Assembly (NCBI GenBank): GCA_965261085.1
Contig: OZ253442.1
Span: 544,001-608,000, forward strand
Reading direction: 5' to 3'
Source: a bacterium
GTDB taxonomy: Bacteria; UBA8248
Length of the DNA stretch: 64,000 nt
The translations under genes were made by a program, and so were the position numbers. The notes under the pieces are model-generated. The model saw only the letters and a program-made list of their open reading frames with translations, was not told the origin of the DNA and made no database searches. Position 1 is the first letter of the stretch. Each line of letters opens with the position of its first letter. Shown here in pieces: positions 48,629-59,711 of this stretch.

Positions 48629-49933
48629 ATGCCCAAGTCCCCTGAAAGCGGCCCCGCGAAAAAACCGAAATTCTACTACGGCTGGCTCATCGTCTGGCTT
48701 TCTTTCGCCACGCTGGGGTTTCACGTCGTCACGCGGTTTTCCTTCGGCATCTTCCAGGTCCCCCTGCTCGAGGAGTTCGGCTGGAGCCGGGGCCTTCTGA
48801 GCGGGGCGTTCTCGCTTTCGATGGCCACGTACGCCTTCTGTGCGCCGTTTGCCGGCTCGCTTCTTGAGAAAAAAGGACCGCGCGCCATCATGCCCTGGGG
48901 GTCGGTGATACTGGGCCTGACGTTCATCGCGTGTTTCTTCGTGTCCTCGCTCTGGCACCTTTACATCCTGTTCGGGCTTTTCGCCGGCTTCGGCCTGTCG
49001 CTGAGCGGTTTCTCCACGCACAGCGCCATCATGCCGCGCTGGTTCGTCAAGAAAAGAGGCCGCGCCACGGGAATCGCCCTCTCGGGCATCGGAATCGGCA
49101 TCCTCATCCTGGCCCCCTTGATCGAGCGGCTCATCGCGTCGGTAGGCTGGCGCTACACGTATATGATCTTCGGCTTGGTCGTGCTGTGCGTCGTCGCGCC
49201 CGCAAGTTTCCTGCTCATGCGCGACGTGCCCGAGGACGTGGGCCAGGGGCCGGACGGCAACCCGCCGCGCACGCCCGAGGAGATGGCGAGAGCAGGCGTA
49301 GGCCACGGCGGCGAGGGCAAGGGCGTGCGGGAGGTCTTCTCGGTCGTTAGGCACGACATACGCTTTTGGTGCCTCATCCTGATGTGCTTCGCCATCGGGC
49401 TCAACAACAACACCATCATGAGCCAGCTTCATCTCTATCTCGTCGATGTGGGATACGGCACGGCTCTTGCGGCGATCATCTTCGGCTCCGTCGGCTTCAT
49501 CCGAACATTCGGCAGCATCGGCGGCGGATGGGTGGGCGACATCATCGGGCGCGGTCGCGGGGTGGCGCTCGCCGCCGTGGTGGTGGCGGCGGGCCTCACG
49601 CTCTTAATCCTCATTCCCTATTTCGGCGGGGGCATCCTGCCGGGCTATGCATTCGCCCTGGTGTACGGCGTCGGCATCGGCGCCATGAGCGCGTGTTATT
49701 CCGCCCTGGCGGGGGATTGCTTCGGGGGCCGCACCTACGGCGTCATCATCGGCTTCATGGAGATCTGCTACGGACTGGGGGGCGTCGTCGGGCCCGTGTT
49801 CGCGGGATTCATGTACGACTACACACAAAGCTACTTCATTCCCTTCCTGACCATCATCTTCTTCATGTTCTTCTCGATAGCCCTGGCGCTCTGGCTGCAC
49901 ACATATATGCAAAGACACGGCCTGGAGCCGTGA
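48629..49933 (+). CDS. MFS transporter (OFA/MCT-like)
   Basis: About 12 TM helices, FYYGW, EFGWSR, RWF.KKRG.A.G. Confidence 0.9.
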   Translation: MPKSPESGPAKKPKFYYGWLIVWLSFATLGFHVVTRFSFGIFQVPLLEEFGWSRGLLSGAFSLSMATYAFCAPFAGSLLEKKGPRAIMPWGSVILGLTFIACFFVSSLWHLYILFGLFAGFGLSLSGFSTHSAIMPRWFVKKRGRATGIALSGIGIGILILAPLIERLIASVGWRYTYMIFGLVVLCVVAPASFLLMRDVPEDVGQGPDGNPPRTPEEMARAGVGHGGEGKGVREVFSVVRHDIRFWCLILMCFAIGLNNNTIMSQLHLYLVDVGYGTALAAIIFGSVGFIRTFGSIGGGWVGDIIGRGRGVALAAVVVAAGLTLLILIPYFGGGILPGYAFALVYGVGIGAMSACYSALAGDCFGGRTYGVIIGFMEICYGLGGVVGPVFAGFMYDYTQSYFIPFLTIIFFMFFSIALALWLHTYMQRHGLEP

Positions 49934-49945
49934 TGGGCAGGGCCG

Positions 49946-50815
49946 CTATTTCAGGTTCTCGAGATACCTTTTCACCTTGTATTGCGTGGAGAGGTCCAAA
50001 AGGACTTTGCGCATCGCCTCTCTTTTGTTGCGCGCGCCCATTTCTTCGGTGATTTTCTCTTTCACCTCATCGAAGCCGAGTTGTTTGCCTTTTTCCATTT
50101 TCGCGGTTTTCACGACGTGCCAGCCGTAGACGCTCTTCACCACGCCGCTGTGCGCGCCCGCTTTGAGTGAAAACGCCGTTTGCTCGATTACCTCGGGCAG
50201 GCCCGTCCTCCGGCTGTGGCCCCGGCTCATTGCGCCCAGGCTCCCGCCGTGCGGACGCTCGGGCGCAAGGGAATAACTCTTCGCCAGTTCGGCGAAATCC
50301 CCTCCCTCTGCGAGCTTCGCCAGTAGATCCTTCGCCTCTTTTTCAGACGCCACCATGATGTGGGAGGCGGTGACTTTATCGCCCTCAGTGAATTTCGACT
50401 TGTTCTGCTCATATTCCGCGCGAATCTGGGCCGCCTTGGGCTTTGATCTCTCCTCGATTCTGCGAACGGCCTCGGCGATGAGAATCTCTCGCCGCGCACG
50501 CTCCATCTGCATCTTCACGCGCTCGCTGCCGTGAAAATCATTTTCAGTCGCATAGCGGACGATGAGCCAACGCTGGATCAACGCTTCCAGGAACATCGCC
50601 TTGTTCGTTCGCGCCTGCATCTGCATGTTGGCCGGCAACTCTTTGATGAAGGCATAAAAAGATTCCAGCGTTATCGGCTCCTCGCCGACGGACGCGACAA
50701 CAGCCTTCTCGGACGCCCCCGAGCCGCTCTTTGGCGCGGCGGATGCGGTGGAGACGAAAGCGAAAAAGATCGTGAGTATGAGCGCTGCGATTCCGGTGAT
50801 GGTTGGGCGCGTCAT
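49946..50815 (-). CDS. PpiC-type peptidyl-prolyl isomerase (PrsA-like foldase)
   Basis: Signal peptide, ASHIMV, DFAELAK.YS, GGSLG, S.YGWHVV. Confidence 0.88.
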   Translation of the reverse strand: MTRPTITGIAALILTIFFAFVSTASAAPKSGSGASEKAVVASVGEEPITLESFYAFIKELPANMQMQARTNKAMFLEALIQRWLIVRYATENDFHGSERVKMQMERARREILIAEAVRRIEERSKPKAAQIRAEYEQNKSKFTEGDKVTASHIMVASEKEAKDLLAKLAEGGDFAELAKSYSLAPERPHGGSLGAMSRGHSRRTGLPEVIEQTAFSLKAGAHSGVVKSVYGWHVVKTAKMEKGKQLGFDEVKEKITEEMGARNKREAMRKVLLDLSTQYKVKRYLENLK

Positions 50816-50896
50816 GAGATGATCTCCTGAAGGCATGGCGGGAAACCGGAGAATTGGCGATCATACAACAAATCTCGTGAGGTTGCTTTCCCCGCT

Positions 50897-51610
50897 TTAA
50901 TCCTCCATCTGCTCCATGCGTTTCGGCCCGATAAGCAGGACGCACTCGCCCTTGATTTTTCTGTCCTTGATTTTCTCGGCAAGTTCACGCGCCTTATCGC
51001 GGAGAATTTCCTCGTGGAGTTTCGTGATCTCGCGCGCAAGAGCGAGGGGCCGCGCGGGCGCCAAGTCGGCGATTTCACGAATGAGCCGCGCGATTCTGTG
51101 GGGCGATTCGAACAGGATGAGCGTACGTTCCTCATCCAGAAGCGCTTCGATTTTTCTGAGCCTTTTTTGTCCCTTGGAGGGAAGGAAGCCTTCGAAGATG
51201 AAGCTGTCCGTGGGAAGGCCCGAGGCGGTAAGAGCGGCCAGAACCGAAGACGGCCCGGGCACGGGGATGACGGCGACGTCCGCCTCGATGGCGGCGCGCA
51301 CCACCCGGTAGGCGGGATCGGAAACCCCCGGTGTGCCCGCATCCGACACCACGGCGACGCGCTCGCCTTCAAGCGCGCGCCCGGCCAGTTCGCCCGCGCG
51401 CCTCGCCTCGTTGTGTTCATGGTAGCTCAGGAGCGGTTTTTTGATCCCGAGGCGTGAGAGCAGCCTGCCCGTGTGGCGCGTGTCCTCGCACGCAATGAGG
51501 TCGCACTCGCGCAAGACTCTCAAAGCCCGCTCGGTGATGTCCTCTAAATTTCCAATCGGTGTGGCGACGAGATAGACGCCGGGGGAGAGGGGCGGCGGTG
51601 GTTTGGCCAT
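50897..51610 (-). CDS. rsmI: 16S rRNA C1402 2'-O-methyltransferase
   Basis: LVATPIGNLEDIT, CEDTR, SDAGTP..SDP, FESPHR, REITKLHEE. Confidence 0.95.
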   Translation of the reverse strand: MAKPPPPLSPGVYLVATPIGNLEDITERALRVLRECDLIACEDTRHTGRLLSRLGIKKPLLSYHEHNEARRAGELAGRALEGERVAVVSDAGTPGVSDPAYRVVRAAIEADVAVIPVPGPSSVLAALTASGLPTDSFIFEGFLPSKGQKRLRKIEALLDEERTLILFESPHRIARLIREIADLAPARPLALAREITKLHEEILRDKARELAEKIKDRKIKGECVLLIGPKRMEQMED

Positions 51611-51614
51611 TCGC

Positions 51615-52817
51615 TCAGGCCACGGCTCCAGAGTCCCGCAAGTTTTTTATTTCAGCCTCACTCGTTCCGAACTCACGGAGCACCTCATCGGTGTGCTCGC
51701 CCAGCAGGGGCGCGGGCGTGCGAACGCCGACGCGCGTCTCGGACAATTTTGGGGGAAAGCCCAGAACCCGCATCCGGCCCGCCGCGGGGTGTTCGATCTC
51801 GACGCTCATCTCCCGCGCCTGAATCTGGGGATGCGCAAAGGTTTCCGCCATGTTCAGAATCGGCCCGCAGGGGATTCCGCCCGAATCCAGAAGCGCCACC
51901 CATTCATCCCGCGTCTTCTGGATGAACACCTCTTCGAGTTCGCCCGCGAGCTTCAGATAGTTCTCGCGCCTTAAGCCGTCGGTGGCGTATTCCGCACGCT
52001 CCAGAAGGTCTTCGCGCCCGATCGCCCCGCAGAACAACTCCCAGTTCCTCTGGTTGGCGGCGCCCAAGGCCAGATAGCCGTCCTTGCACTGAAAGGCCTG
52101 GTAAGGAGCCGTCATCTCGTGCGCGGAGCCGAGGGGCTGGGGCGGCTCGCCTGAGGGGAAAAACTGGGACGCCTGCCAGAAGGTGTAGCCGAGTCCTGCG
52201 TCGGTCAGCGCCATGTCGATGCGCTGGCCCCGGCCTGTGCGCTGTTTGTGGATATAGGCGGAGAGTATCGAAAGCGCCGTATACATCCCTGCGTTCAGAT
52301 CGCATATCGGCACGGGTATCTTCGCGGGCGCGCCGCCGGGCTCACCCGTGAAGCTCATGAGGCTCGAGAGGCCCTGGGAGACCAGATCGAAACCACCCTT
52401 GCCGGCGAAAGGGCCGGTGTCGCCATAGCCGGAAATGGATGCGTAGATGAGACCAGGGTTGAGTTCTTTCAAGTCCTCATAGCCCAGGCCGAGTCTGGTC
52501 ATGATGCCGGGCCGCATGTTCTCGACGAACACGTCGACTTGTTTCGCAAGTTCTTTTATGAGCGCAACGCCCCCGGGCGCCTTGATGTTCACCGCCACGC
52601 TGCGCTTGTTGCGGTTTAAGTTCATGAAGCCGTGGGCCTCGCCGCCTTCGAAATACCGCCCCAGATGGCGAGCGCTGTCCCCGCCGTCCGGGTTTTCGAC
52701 TTTGATGACGTCCGCACCCATATCCGCCAGCAGGCACCCGCAGAACGGGCCGGCCATGACCTGGCAGACCTCCAGCACACGAACGCCCTCAAGCGGCCCG
52801 CCCGTTTCGAGACTCAT
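51615..52817 (-). CDS. CaiB/BaiF family III CoA-transferase
   Basis: PLEGVRVLE, AGP, GADVIKVE, NRNKRS, APLLGEHT. Confidence 0.92.
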   Translation of the reverse strand: MSLETGGPLEGVRVLEVCQVMAGPFCGCLLADMGADVIKVENPDGGDSARHLGRYFEGGEAHGFMNLNRNKRSVAVNIKAPGGVALIKELAKQVDVFVENMRPGIMTRLGLGYEDLKELNPGLIYASISGYGDTGPFAGKGGFDLVSQGLSSLMSFTGEPGGAPAKIPVPICDLNAGMYTALSILSAYIHKQRTGRGQRIDMALTDAGLGYTFWQASQFFPSGEPPQPLGSAHEMTAPYQAFQCKDGYLALGAANQRNWELFCGAIGREDLLERAEYATDGLRRENYLKLAGELEEVFIQKTRDEWVALLDSGGIPCGPILNMAETFAHPQIQAREMSVEIEHPAAGRMRVLGFPPKLSETRVGVRTPAPLLGEHTDEVLREFGTSEAEIKNLRDSGAVA

Positions 52818-52822
52818 CTGTT

Positions 52823-53632
52823 TTATTTCCCCCGGAATTCAGGCGTGCGCTTGTTCAGGAAAGCGTCCACACCCTCTCTAAAATCTTCTGTGTCGAAACA
52901 GGCGACCTCGCGCGCTTTTTCTTCTGCGGTGAGAGAGGAAAGGCTTGGGTCCAGCAGCACCTTTTTCACGAACCCCTTGTGCCACTGATGAACGAGGGGC
53001 GCCAGGGAAACGATGCGCTCCGCCATCTCATAGGCCGTTTTCTCCACTTCCTCATCCGGCACGACGCGCGCCAGAAAACCTGCGTCGAGCATCTCCTGGG
53101 CTGTGAAGAGTTTGGCGGTGAGCAGCATGTCCAGCGTGCGCGCGGGTCCGATGGAATATACGAAACGCCTGAGCTCGGAATAGCCCGCCACGAGGCCGAG
53201 CTTGGCCACCGGAATCCCGAAGCGCGAACTCTCGCCCGCGACCCGCAAATCCGTAGCGGCGGCGAGCTCCACGCCCCCGCCCACGCATGCGCCCCTGATG
53301 AGGCAGATGACGGGTTTGGAGAAGGCATCCACCGCATTGAGCCCGCGCAGGAATCCGGTTTCAGAGAAATGCTTCGCCTGTGCGGAGCTGTAGCGCTCCT
53401 GCTTGAAACGCGAGATGTCCGCCCCGGCGGAGAAGGCGCGCTCGCCGGCGCCCCTGAAGACGACGGCGCGCACCGAATCGTCCGCGTCGAGTTCGGGCAT
53501 GAGGCTGCCGATTTCCACCCACATCTCGTATTCGATGGCGTTGAGCCGCTCGGGCGCATGAAAGGTGATCGTCGCCACTGCGCCCTTTCGGGAGAGTCGT
53601 ATTTTTCCGTCCGCGCGTTGTTCTTCGCTCAC
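52823..53632 (-). CDS. Enoyl-CoA hydratase/isomerase family
   Basis: PERLNA, AFSAGADIS, GACVGGG.E, FGIP.AKLG, DFREGV.AFL.KR.P.F. Confidence 0.9.
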   Translation of the reverse strand: MSEEQRADGKIRLSRKGAVATITFHAPERLNAIEYEMWVEIGSLMPELDADDSVRAVVFRGAGERAFSAGADISRFKQERYSSAQAKHFSETGFLRGLNAVDAFSKPVICLIRGACVGGGVELAAATDLRVAGESSRFGIPVAKLGLVAGYSELRRFVYSIGPARTLDMLLTAKLFTAQEMLDAGFLARVVPDEEVEKTAYEMAERIVSLAPLVHQWHKGFVKKVLLDPSLSSLTAEEKAREVACFDTEDFREGVDAFLNKRTPEFRGK

Positions 53633-53709
53633 GTCACTCGCCTCGAAATATCCACCGGAACGCATCGCCCGAAAGGGCGCGCCGTCTATTTTATGCGGAA
53701 AAGGAAAAG

Positions 53710-53928
53710 TTACGCTTTCTGCGCATCCTTGTATTCTTCGAGCCAAGCCATCTGGATGGCTTCGAGCTTGCTCTCCGTCGAGGACTTCGGATCGCCTTCG
53801 AACTCCTTGAGTTCGCACACCCAGTCGTGCAGATCGGTAAAGCGAACGGAGAGCGGGTCGATCTTCGAAAATTTTTCATATAACACGATGCCGATATCCT
53901 CGGCATCTTCCCAATTGAATGTCTCCAC
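53710..53928 (-). CDS. iscX: Fe-S assembly protein IscX
   Basis: W.D..DI...L, DPLSVRFTDL..WV, LEAIQMAW.EE. Confidence 0.9.
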   Translation of the reverse strand: METFNWEDAEDIGIVLYEKFSKIDPLSVRFTDLHDWVCELKEFEGDPKSSTESKLEAIQMAWLEEYKDAQKA

Positions 53929-53953
53929 CAGTCCCTCTCCTGAACCAAAATTT

Positions 53954-54310
53954 CTAATGGGCGGCTTGTTCCCTGGCCGCATCCGGGCCCTCCTGCACCA
54001 GGTTCACGTTCCAGAACGGCACCTCTAACTCGATGACCTCATCCGTTTCCGACTCGAGCGTCGCCTGGCAGGCCAGCCGGCTGTCGAGGTCCACGTCGCG
54101 CGCGTCGTCGAGTTGATCTTCCTCATCATCGGTGGATTCGTTGAACGAATCCGCGCCGGTCCTGATCTTGACGTGGCACGTCGAGCAGGCGCATACGCCG
54201 CCGCAAGCATGATCCAGGTCGAAGCCGTTTTCGAGCGCCGCTTCGAGAATGTTCTCGCCCACGTGAATGTCTATCGTCTGTTTTTCTTCCATAAAATAAA
54301 GTTTCGCCAT
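53954..54310 (-). CDS. fdx: ISC [2Fe-2S] ferredoxin
   Basis: HACGGVCACSTCHV, SRLACQ. Confidence 0.93.
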   Translation of the reverse strand: MAKLYFMEEKQTIDIHVGENILEAALENGFDLDHACGGVCACSTCHVKIRTGADSFNESTDDEEDQLDDARDVDLDSRLACQATLESETDEVIELEVPFWNVNLVQEGPDAAREQAAH

Positions 54311-54348
54311 TTTCTTCCCCTGAGCCCCGCGCGAATCGCCTGCGGTTT

Positions 54349-56184
54349 CTAGTCGTTGAGGGCTTCGCTCACCCTCTTGTTCTCCAAGGCCGATTTTAAA
54401 ACATTATCCATCATCCGCTCCGCGAGCGGCATCGTGACTTCATTGAGCGCGTCGACCATATCACGAACCATACCCGGGTCCTCCCCCCGGCAGGATTCTT
54501 CCAGCGCGCTCACCGCTTCTTGAATCTTCGCGCGCCCTGAGGGTGAGACGGCATCCTCCGCATAATCGTTCATCGCGCGGGCCGTGGCCATGAGAATGGT
54601 TTCCGCCTCGGTTCTCGCGTCGAGAAGCTGGCGGGAGCGGATGTCCTGCTCCGCGTGTTCGAAAGATTCGATAAGCATGCGCTCGACCTGCTCATCCGTC
54701 AGCCCGTAGGAGGGTTGCACCTCCACCGAGGCCGCCTTGCCGCTCCTCAGATCCCGGGCCGTCACGTTCAGGATTCCGTTGGCGTCGAGCAGAAACGTCA
54801 CTTCCACCCGGGCGAGGCCGGCAGGCGCCGGGTCGACCGCGAGACGAAAACGCGCGAGCGAGCGGTTGTCCTTCACCAGCTCTCGCTCGCCCTGTAGCAC
54901 ATGGATGTCCACGCCCGTCTGGTTGTCCTTGAAGGTGGTATAGGTTTCCCTGGCGCTCGTGGGGATAGTGGTGTTGCGGGGAATGATCCACCCCATGACA
55001 CCGCCCATGGTCTCGATGCCCAGAGAAAGGGGCGTCACGTCGAGAAGCAGCATGTCCTTTCTGCCGCCCGCGAGGATGTCCGCCTGCACGGCGGCGCCCA
55101 GGGCCACCACCTCGTCGGGGTCCAAGTCCGCATGCGGCCTCTTTTCGAACAACTCCTCCACCATGCGGCGGATGAGGGGCATACGGGTGGACCCGCCCAC
55201 CAGTACGACCTCGTCCACCTCTTCGGGCGAGAGGCCCGCGTCCTTAAGCGCGCGCTTACAAGGCGCCAGCGTCCGCTCGGCGATGGGCGCGAGGAGCGCT
55301 TCCATCTCCTCTCGGGTGAGAGTCCCTTTGTGTGAGAGCGGGACGCCGCCTGGGTTTTCGAGGATATACTCCGTAGAGCCGCTTGCAGAAAGCGTTTTCT
55401 TGACCCGTTCGGCCAAAACCGTGAGTTCGGCCAGCGCCTCGGGCGTTTCACCCAGATTCACGCCATGATCTTTCAGGATTTCGTTCTGGATGTGGCCGGA
55501 AATCGCCTGATCGAAATCATCCCCGCCCAGATGGGTGTCCCCACCGGTGGAGAGCACCTCGAACACGCCGTCCTTGATTCTCAACAGCGAGATGTCGAAC
55601 GTGCCGCCGCCCAAGTCGTAGACCGCGACGACGCCTCGGTTTCGCTCATGCAGGCCGTAAGCCAGGGAGGCCGCCGTGGGTTCGTTGATGATGCGGAGCA
55701 CTTCGAGACCCGCGAGCTTGCCTGCGTCTTTCGTCGCCTGGCGCTGCGCGTCGTTGAAATACGCCGGAACCGTCACCACCGCTCTGAGTACGGGCCGGCC
55801 GAGCGTTTTCTCCGCCCGCGACTTGAGCCGCCTTAGCAACAAGGCGCTAACTTCGGGCGCGCTGTAGGATCGCCCCTGCGCCAGCACGTGAACGACTTCT
55901 TTCTCCTCGGGATCGGCGTCGAATGGCAGGTGGCGCATCTCGTCTTTCACGTCCTCATAACCCCTGCCCATGAAGCGCTTGATGGAAAAAATGGTGTTCC
56001 GGCTGTTGGAGACGCGCTCGTCCTGCGCCTCCTCGCCGATGAGAACGCGATCGGAGCGGAAGCTCACCACGGAGGGCACGAGGCCGCGCTCGCCCTCGGG
56101 CGCGAGTATCGCCGGCTCACCTCCCGATACGGAAGCGACCAGGCTGTTCGTCGTGCCCAGGTCGATCCCGACGATATCGCTCAT
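54349..56184 (-). CDS. hscA: Fe-S assembly chaperone HscA (Hsp70)
   Basis: [31 protein letters not shown]; isc context. Confidence 0.93.
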   Translation of the reverse strand: MSDIVGIDLGTTNSLVASVSGGEPAILAPEGERGLVPSVVSFRSDRVLIGEEAQDERVSNSRNTIFSIKRFMGRGYEDVKDEMRHLPFDADPEEKEVVHVLAQGRSYSAPEVSALLLRRLKSRAEKTLGRPVLRAVVTVPAYFNDAQRQATKDAGKLAGLEVLRIINEPTAASLAYGLHERNRGVVAVYDLGGGTFDISLLRIKDGVFEVLSTGGDTHLGGDDFDQAISGHIQNEILKDHGVNLGETPEALAELTVLAERVKKTLSASGSTEYILENPGGVPLSHKGTLTREEMEALLAPIAERTLAPCKRALKDAGLSPEEVDEVVLVGGSTRMPLIRRMVEELFEKRPHADLDPDEVVALGAAVQADILAGGRKDMLLLDVTPLSLGIETMGGVMGWIIPRNTTIPTSARETYTTFKDNQTGVDIHVLQGERELVKDNRSLARFRLAVDPAPAGLARVEVTFLLDANGILNVTARDLRSGKAASVEVQPSYGLTDEQVERMLIESFEHAEQDIRSRQLLDARTEAETILMATARAMNDYAEDAVSPSGRAKIQEAVSALEESCRGEDPGMVRDMVDALNEVTMPLAERMMDNVLKSALENKRVSEALND

Positions 56185-56822
56185 TCGCTCTCCTCCAAAG
56201 CGCGCTTTAAGCTCGTGAGGGTGTTCTCGATATAGTTTCTCTGCCCGAGGATGGAGCGCATTTTCCTGACGACGTCGGGCGGGGCGGGTTCGTCTCTCTC
56301 CACCGCCTCGTCCCAGGCGGCGCCCAGCTTGTCGAGCGCCGTGCGCTGTCCATCGCGAAGTACGGAAAAACACTCCATGGCCGCGTGGAGGCGCCCGCGC
56401 AAGGTCTCGGCCTCATCCTCGTCCATGCAGCACTGGAACTCCGCCGCCGCCTCCTGGGCCTCGAATATCTCCTCAAACAACTCGGGCGGGGGCCTCCTCT
56501 CGTTCTCCTCGAGCCTTCCGATTTCGAGCTGCACCAGATAGACGACGCGCGCAACCGGATCCTTGATGGTCTGATACGCCTCGTTGATGCGGGCGGTCGC
56601 ATCCAGACTCCTGATTCGGACCGCGGCGGGCGCGGCCATGAAAAAATCGGGATGAAGCTTCCGATTCAGCTCGTAGAATCTCGACTCGAGCGCCTCGGCG
56701 TCGACCCTGAATTTGCGCCGAAATCCCAGCAGGGCGAAATGATCGACCTCGGCGGGAATCGCTTCTATGTCGCCGTCTTCACTGAAAACGGAAAAGGGTT
56801 TTTCTTTCGTCGCTTCGCTCAT
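56181..56822 (-). CDS. hscB: Fe-S assembly co-chaperone HscB
   Basis: J-domain LHPD, INEAY.T.KDP..R. Confidence 0.9.
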   Translation of the reverse strand: MSEATKEKPFSVFSEDGDIEAIPAEVDHFALLGFRRKFRVDAEALESRFYELNRKLHPDFFMAAPAAVRIRSLDATARINEAYQTIKDPVARVVYLVQLEIGRLEENERRPPPELFEEIFEAQEAAAEFQCCMDEDEAETLRGRLHAAMECFSVLRDGQRTALDKLGAAWDEAVERDEPAPPDVVRKMRSILGQRNYIENTLTSLKRALEESE

Positions 56823-56926
56823 CGCGCGATTCCAGGCCCGCATGAACCGCCGGGCGTCATAACCCAAAAGAAAAACGCGTCGCTATCCCATGTTGAATGG
56901 GCGCGGCGCGTTTCATCCCGGTTGCG

Positions 56927-57283
56927 TTACGCAGAAAAACTTTCCCCGCAACCACAGGACTGGCGTGCGTTGGGGTTTTTGAAAGTAAACCCCTTGCCCA
57001 TCAGCCCGTCTTCGAAATCCAGCGTGGTGCCCGCCAGGAAAAAAAGGCTCTTCTTGTCCACGACCACACGGATGCCGTCTTTTCCGAACACCTCGTCCAT
57101 CAGTGGGTTGATGCGCTCTTCACCCTCGAACTGAAGGACGTAGGAAAGCCCGGAGCAGCCCCCGCCCTTCACTCCGACGCGAAGAACGTGGCCCTGCGCT
57201 CCCTCTTTCTCCATGAAGCGGTTCACGTGCTCCACCGCCTTGTCGCTTACTTCGATGCTCAGTTTTTCCGCAGCGGTTTCCAT
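56927..57283 (-). CDS. iscA: Fe-S A-type carrier IscA/HesB
   Basis: GGGCSG, NPNA..SCGCGESF. Confidence 0.93.
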   Translation of the reverse strand: METAAEKLSIEVSDKAVEHVNRFMEKEGAQGHVLRVGVKGGGCSGLSYVLQFEGEERINPLMDEVFGKDGIRVVVDKKSLFFLAGTTLDFEDGLMGKGFTFKNPNARQSCGCGESFSA

Positions 57284-57314
57284 ATCCTGCCCTCTGCCGG
57301 CGAGTCGCCCGCTT

Positions 57315-57725
57315 CTAGTGGTGGCCCTTGCGCTCGGCGACCGGCATGCCGTTTTTCTCGCGAAAATCGTTCAGCGCGGTCTTGATGGCGTCTTCGGCCA
57401 GCACGGAGCAGTGAATCTTCACCGGCGGGAGGTTCAACTCCTCGACGATCTGCGTGTTCTTGATCTCCTCGGCCTCGTCCACCGTCTTGCCCTTGAGCCA
57501 CTCGGTGGCCAGAGAACTCGAGGCGATGGCGCTTCCGCAGCCGAAGGTCTTGAACTTCGCATCCTCGATGAAACCACCCTCGTTCACCTTGATTTGGAGC
57601 TTCATCACGTCGCCGCATTCGGGCGCGCCGACGATGCCCGTGCCTACCGTCTGGTCTTTTTTGTCGAGCGAGCCGACGTTGCGCGGGTTGTTGTAGTGGT
57701 CGACCACCTTATCGCTGTAAGCCAT
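57315..57725 (-). CDS. iscU: Fe-S scaffold IscU
   Basis: YSDKVVDHY.NPRN, APECGD, GCGSA, LPPVKIHC. Confidence 0.97.
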   Translation of the reverse strand: MAYSDKVVDHYNNPRNVGSLDKKDQTVGTGIVGAPECGDVMKLQIKVNEGGFIEDAKFKTFGCGSAIASSSLATEWLKGKTVDEAEEIKNTQIVEELNLPPVKIHCSVLAEDAIKTALNDFREKNGMPVAERKGHH

Positions 57726-57810
57726 TTTTCATTCTCCTTTTCCCAATCGCTGCGATTCCCGATTCTCCTGAGCCGCAGGCTCTATATCAAAAAATACTCA
57801 AAGCACTCGT

Positions 57811-59031
57811 TTAATGCGACTGCCATACCACCTTCGAGAGATCCACTCCCTCTTTCACCATCTCATAGAGCGGGCTCATCTCGCGAAGCCGGATCACGAT
57901 GTCCGTCGTCTTCTCGGCCACATATTCCATCTCCTCTTCGGTGGAAAACCGCCCGAAGCCGAAGCGAATCGACGAATGCGCCAATTCATCGCCCCGGCCC
58001 ATCGCTTTCAGCACGTAGCTCGGCTCGAGACTCGCCGAGGTACAGGCCGAACCCGAGGATACGGCCACGTCGCTCAGCCCCATGATGAGCGATTCGCCCT
58101 CCACGTAGGGGAAGCTCAGGTTCAGGTTGCCCGAGAGGCGCTTGGTCTCATGGCCGTTCACGTAGACTTCTTCTAGGCTCTCGAACATGATGGACCTGAA
58201 CTTTTCGCGCAGATTCGTCAGGCGGATGTTCTCTTCTTCCATCTCCTCCATGCACAACTCGGCCGCCTTGCCGAAGCCGACGATACCCGAAACGTTCAGC
58301 GTGCCCGAGCGCATGCCCCGCTCGTGGCCGCCGCCGTCGATGATGGCCGAAAGACGCACGCGCGGCCTGCGCCTGCGCACGTAAATCATCCCCACGCCCT
58401 TGGGCCCGTAGATCTTGTGCGCGGAGGCCGAGAGGAGGTCGATATTCATCTCGTCCACGTCGATGGGAATCTTGCCGTAGCCCTGCGTGGCGTCGGTGTG
58501 GAAGAGAACCCCCCGCCCGCGGCACAGCGCGCCGATCTCGGCGATTGGGTTCAGCACGCCGACCTCGTTGTTCGCCGCCATGATGGAAACAAGGATGGTG
58601 TCGTCGCGCATGGCGTTCTCGACCATCTCCGCCGTCGTGATGCCGTCCTCGGGAGGCTCGATGTAGGTGACGTCGAAACCCCACGTCTCCAAGCGCTTGG
58701 CGGAGTCGATGATCGCCTTGTGCTCGATCCCCGAGGTGATGATGTGGTTGCCCTTTTTCTTGTACATCTCGGCGACGCCCTTGAGCGCCATGTTGTCCGA
58801 CTCCGTGGCTCCGCTCGTGAAGATGATCTCGCGCGGGTCCGCGCCTATGACGGCGGCGAGCTTTTCCCTGGCGTCGTCCACGGCCTTCTCCGCCTCCCAG
58901 CCGAAGCTATGGTTGCGGCTCGCTGCGTTGCCGAACTTGTCGCCGAAGTAGGGATTCATCGCTTCCAAGACCCGGGGGTCCATGGGCGTCGTCGCCTGGT
59001 AATCCATGTAAATGGGGAACTTCAAGCTCAT
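57811..59031 (-). CDS. iscS: Cysteine desulfurase IscS
   Basis: [27 protein letters not shown]. Confidence 0.97.
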   Translation of the reverse strand: MSLKFPIYMDYQATTPMDPRVLEAMNPYFGDKFGNAASRNHSFGWEAEKAVDDAREKLAAVIGADPREIIFTSGATESDNMALKGVAEMYKKKGNHIITSGIEHKAIIDSAKRLETWGFDVTYIEPPEDGITTAEMVENAMRDDTILVSIMAANNEVGVLNPIAEIGALCRGRGVLFHTDATQGYGKIPIDVDEMNIDLLSASAHKIYGPKGVGMIYVRRRRPRVRLSAIIDGGGHERGMRSGTLNVSGIVGFGKAAELCMEEMEEENIRLTNLREKFRSIMFESLEEVYVNGHETKRLSGNLNLSFPYVEGESLIMGLSDVAVSSGSACTSASLEPSYVLKAMGRGDELAHSSIRFGFGRFSTEEEMEYVAEKTTDIVIRLREMSPLYEMVKEGVDLSKVVWQSH

Positions 59032-59453
59032 CTGATCTCTCCTGCAGGCGTACCCACCATGTCCTGAAGGGTCATGCCCTCAAGCACGTCGGTCACCTTT
59101 CTCTGGATCCTTTCCATGGGATAAAAAATCGTACATTTCTCGTATTGTTCACACCCCGTGGCGTCGCCGATCTGACACGTCGCCATGGCGATGGGCCCCT
59201 CGATGGCTCGGATGACTTCGGCCACCGAGATGGTCTCGGGCCTGCGGGAGAGGACATAGCCGCCCTTGGGCCCGTTTCGCGACTCCACGAGTCCGTTTTT
59301 GGCCAGAAGCTGCATCGTCTTCGCAAGCAGTTCGGCGGGAATGTGGAACCTGCCAGCGATGGCCCGCGAGGTGATGGCCGAATCCTCTTCCTGCTCCGCA
59401 AGGTAGGAGAGAGCCATCAAGCCGTAATCCGTGCGCTTCGCAATCGTGAACAT
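59028..59453 (-). CDS. iscR: Rrf2-family regulator (IscR-like)
   Basis: DYGL, S.NGP.GGY.L, three Cys; first gene of the isc operon. Confidence 0.85.
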   Translation of the reverse strand: MFTIAKRTDYGLMALSYLAEQEEDSAITSRAIAGRFHIPAELLAKTMQLLAKNGLVESRNGPKGGYVLSRRPETISVAEVIRAIEGPIAMATCQIGDATGCEQYEKCTIFYPMERIQRKVTDVLEGMTLQDMVGTPAGEIR

Positions 59454-59534
59454 CCACTTACCGCCTTGAATTATGCTGGGTTATCTGTCTAATCCGACCA
59501 TTTGGAAGATGACGGCTTTTGTCGTCCTCTAAAT

Positions 59535-59597
59535 GCGACCAAAACGGTCGCCGACCCATCTAGTCGCATATATACGCCCTGATCGGGACAATGTCAA
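59535..59597 (-). promoter_or_regulatory. isc promoter with putative Rrf2/IscR operators
   Basis: Perfect TTGACA (59597-59592), 17 nt, TATATA (59574-59569). Palindrome GCGACC-N5-GGTCGC (59535-59551) plus related CCGAC-N7-GTCGC (59551-59567). Confidence 0.55.
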
Positions 59598-59711
59598 GGG
59601 TTTATGGGGATTTTTGCTGTTGGCGGTTGGAAAATTTGATCGCCTCTGATATTAGGAGGTCTTGCTTTCAACACAATGAAACCCGACGAGCAAATGAAGG
59701 GAAAAACGTTA

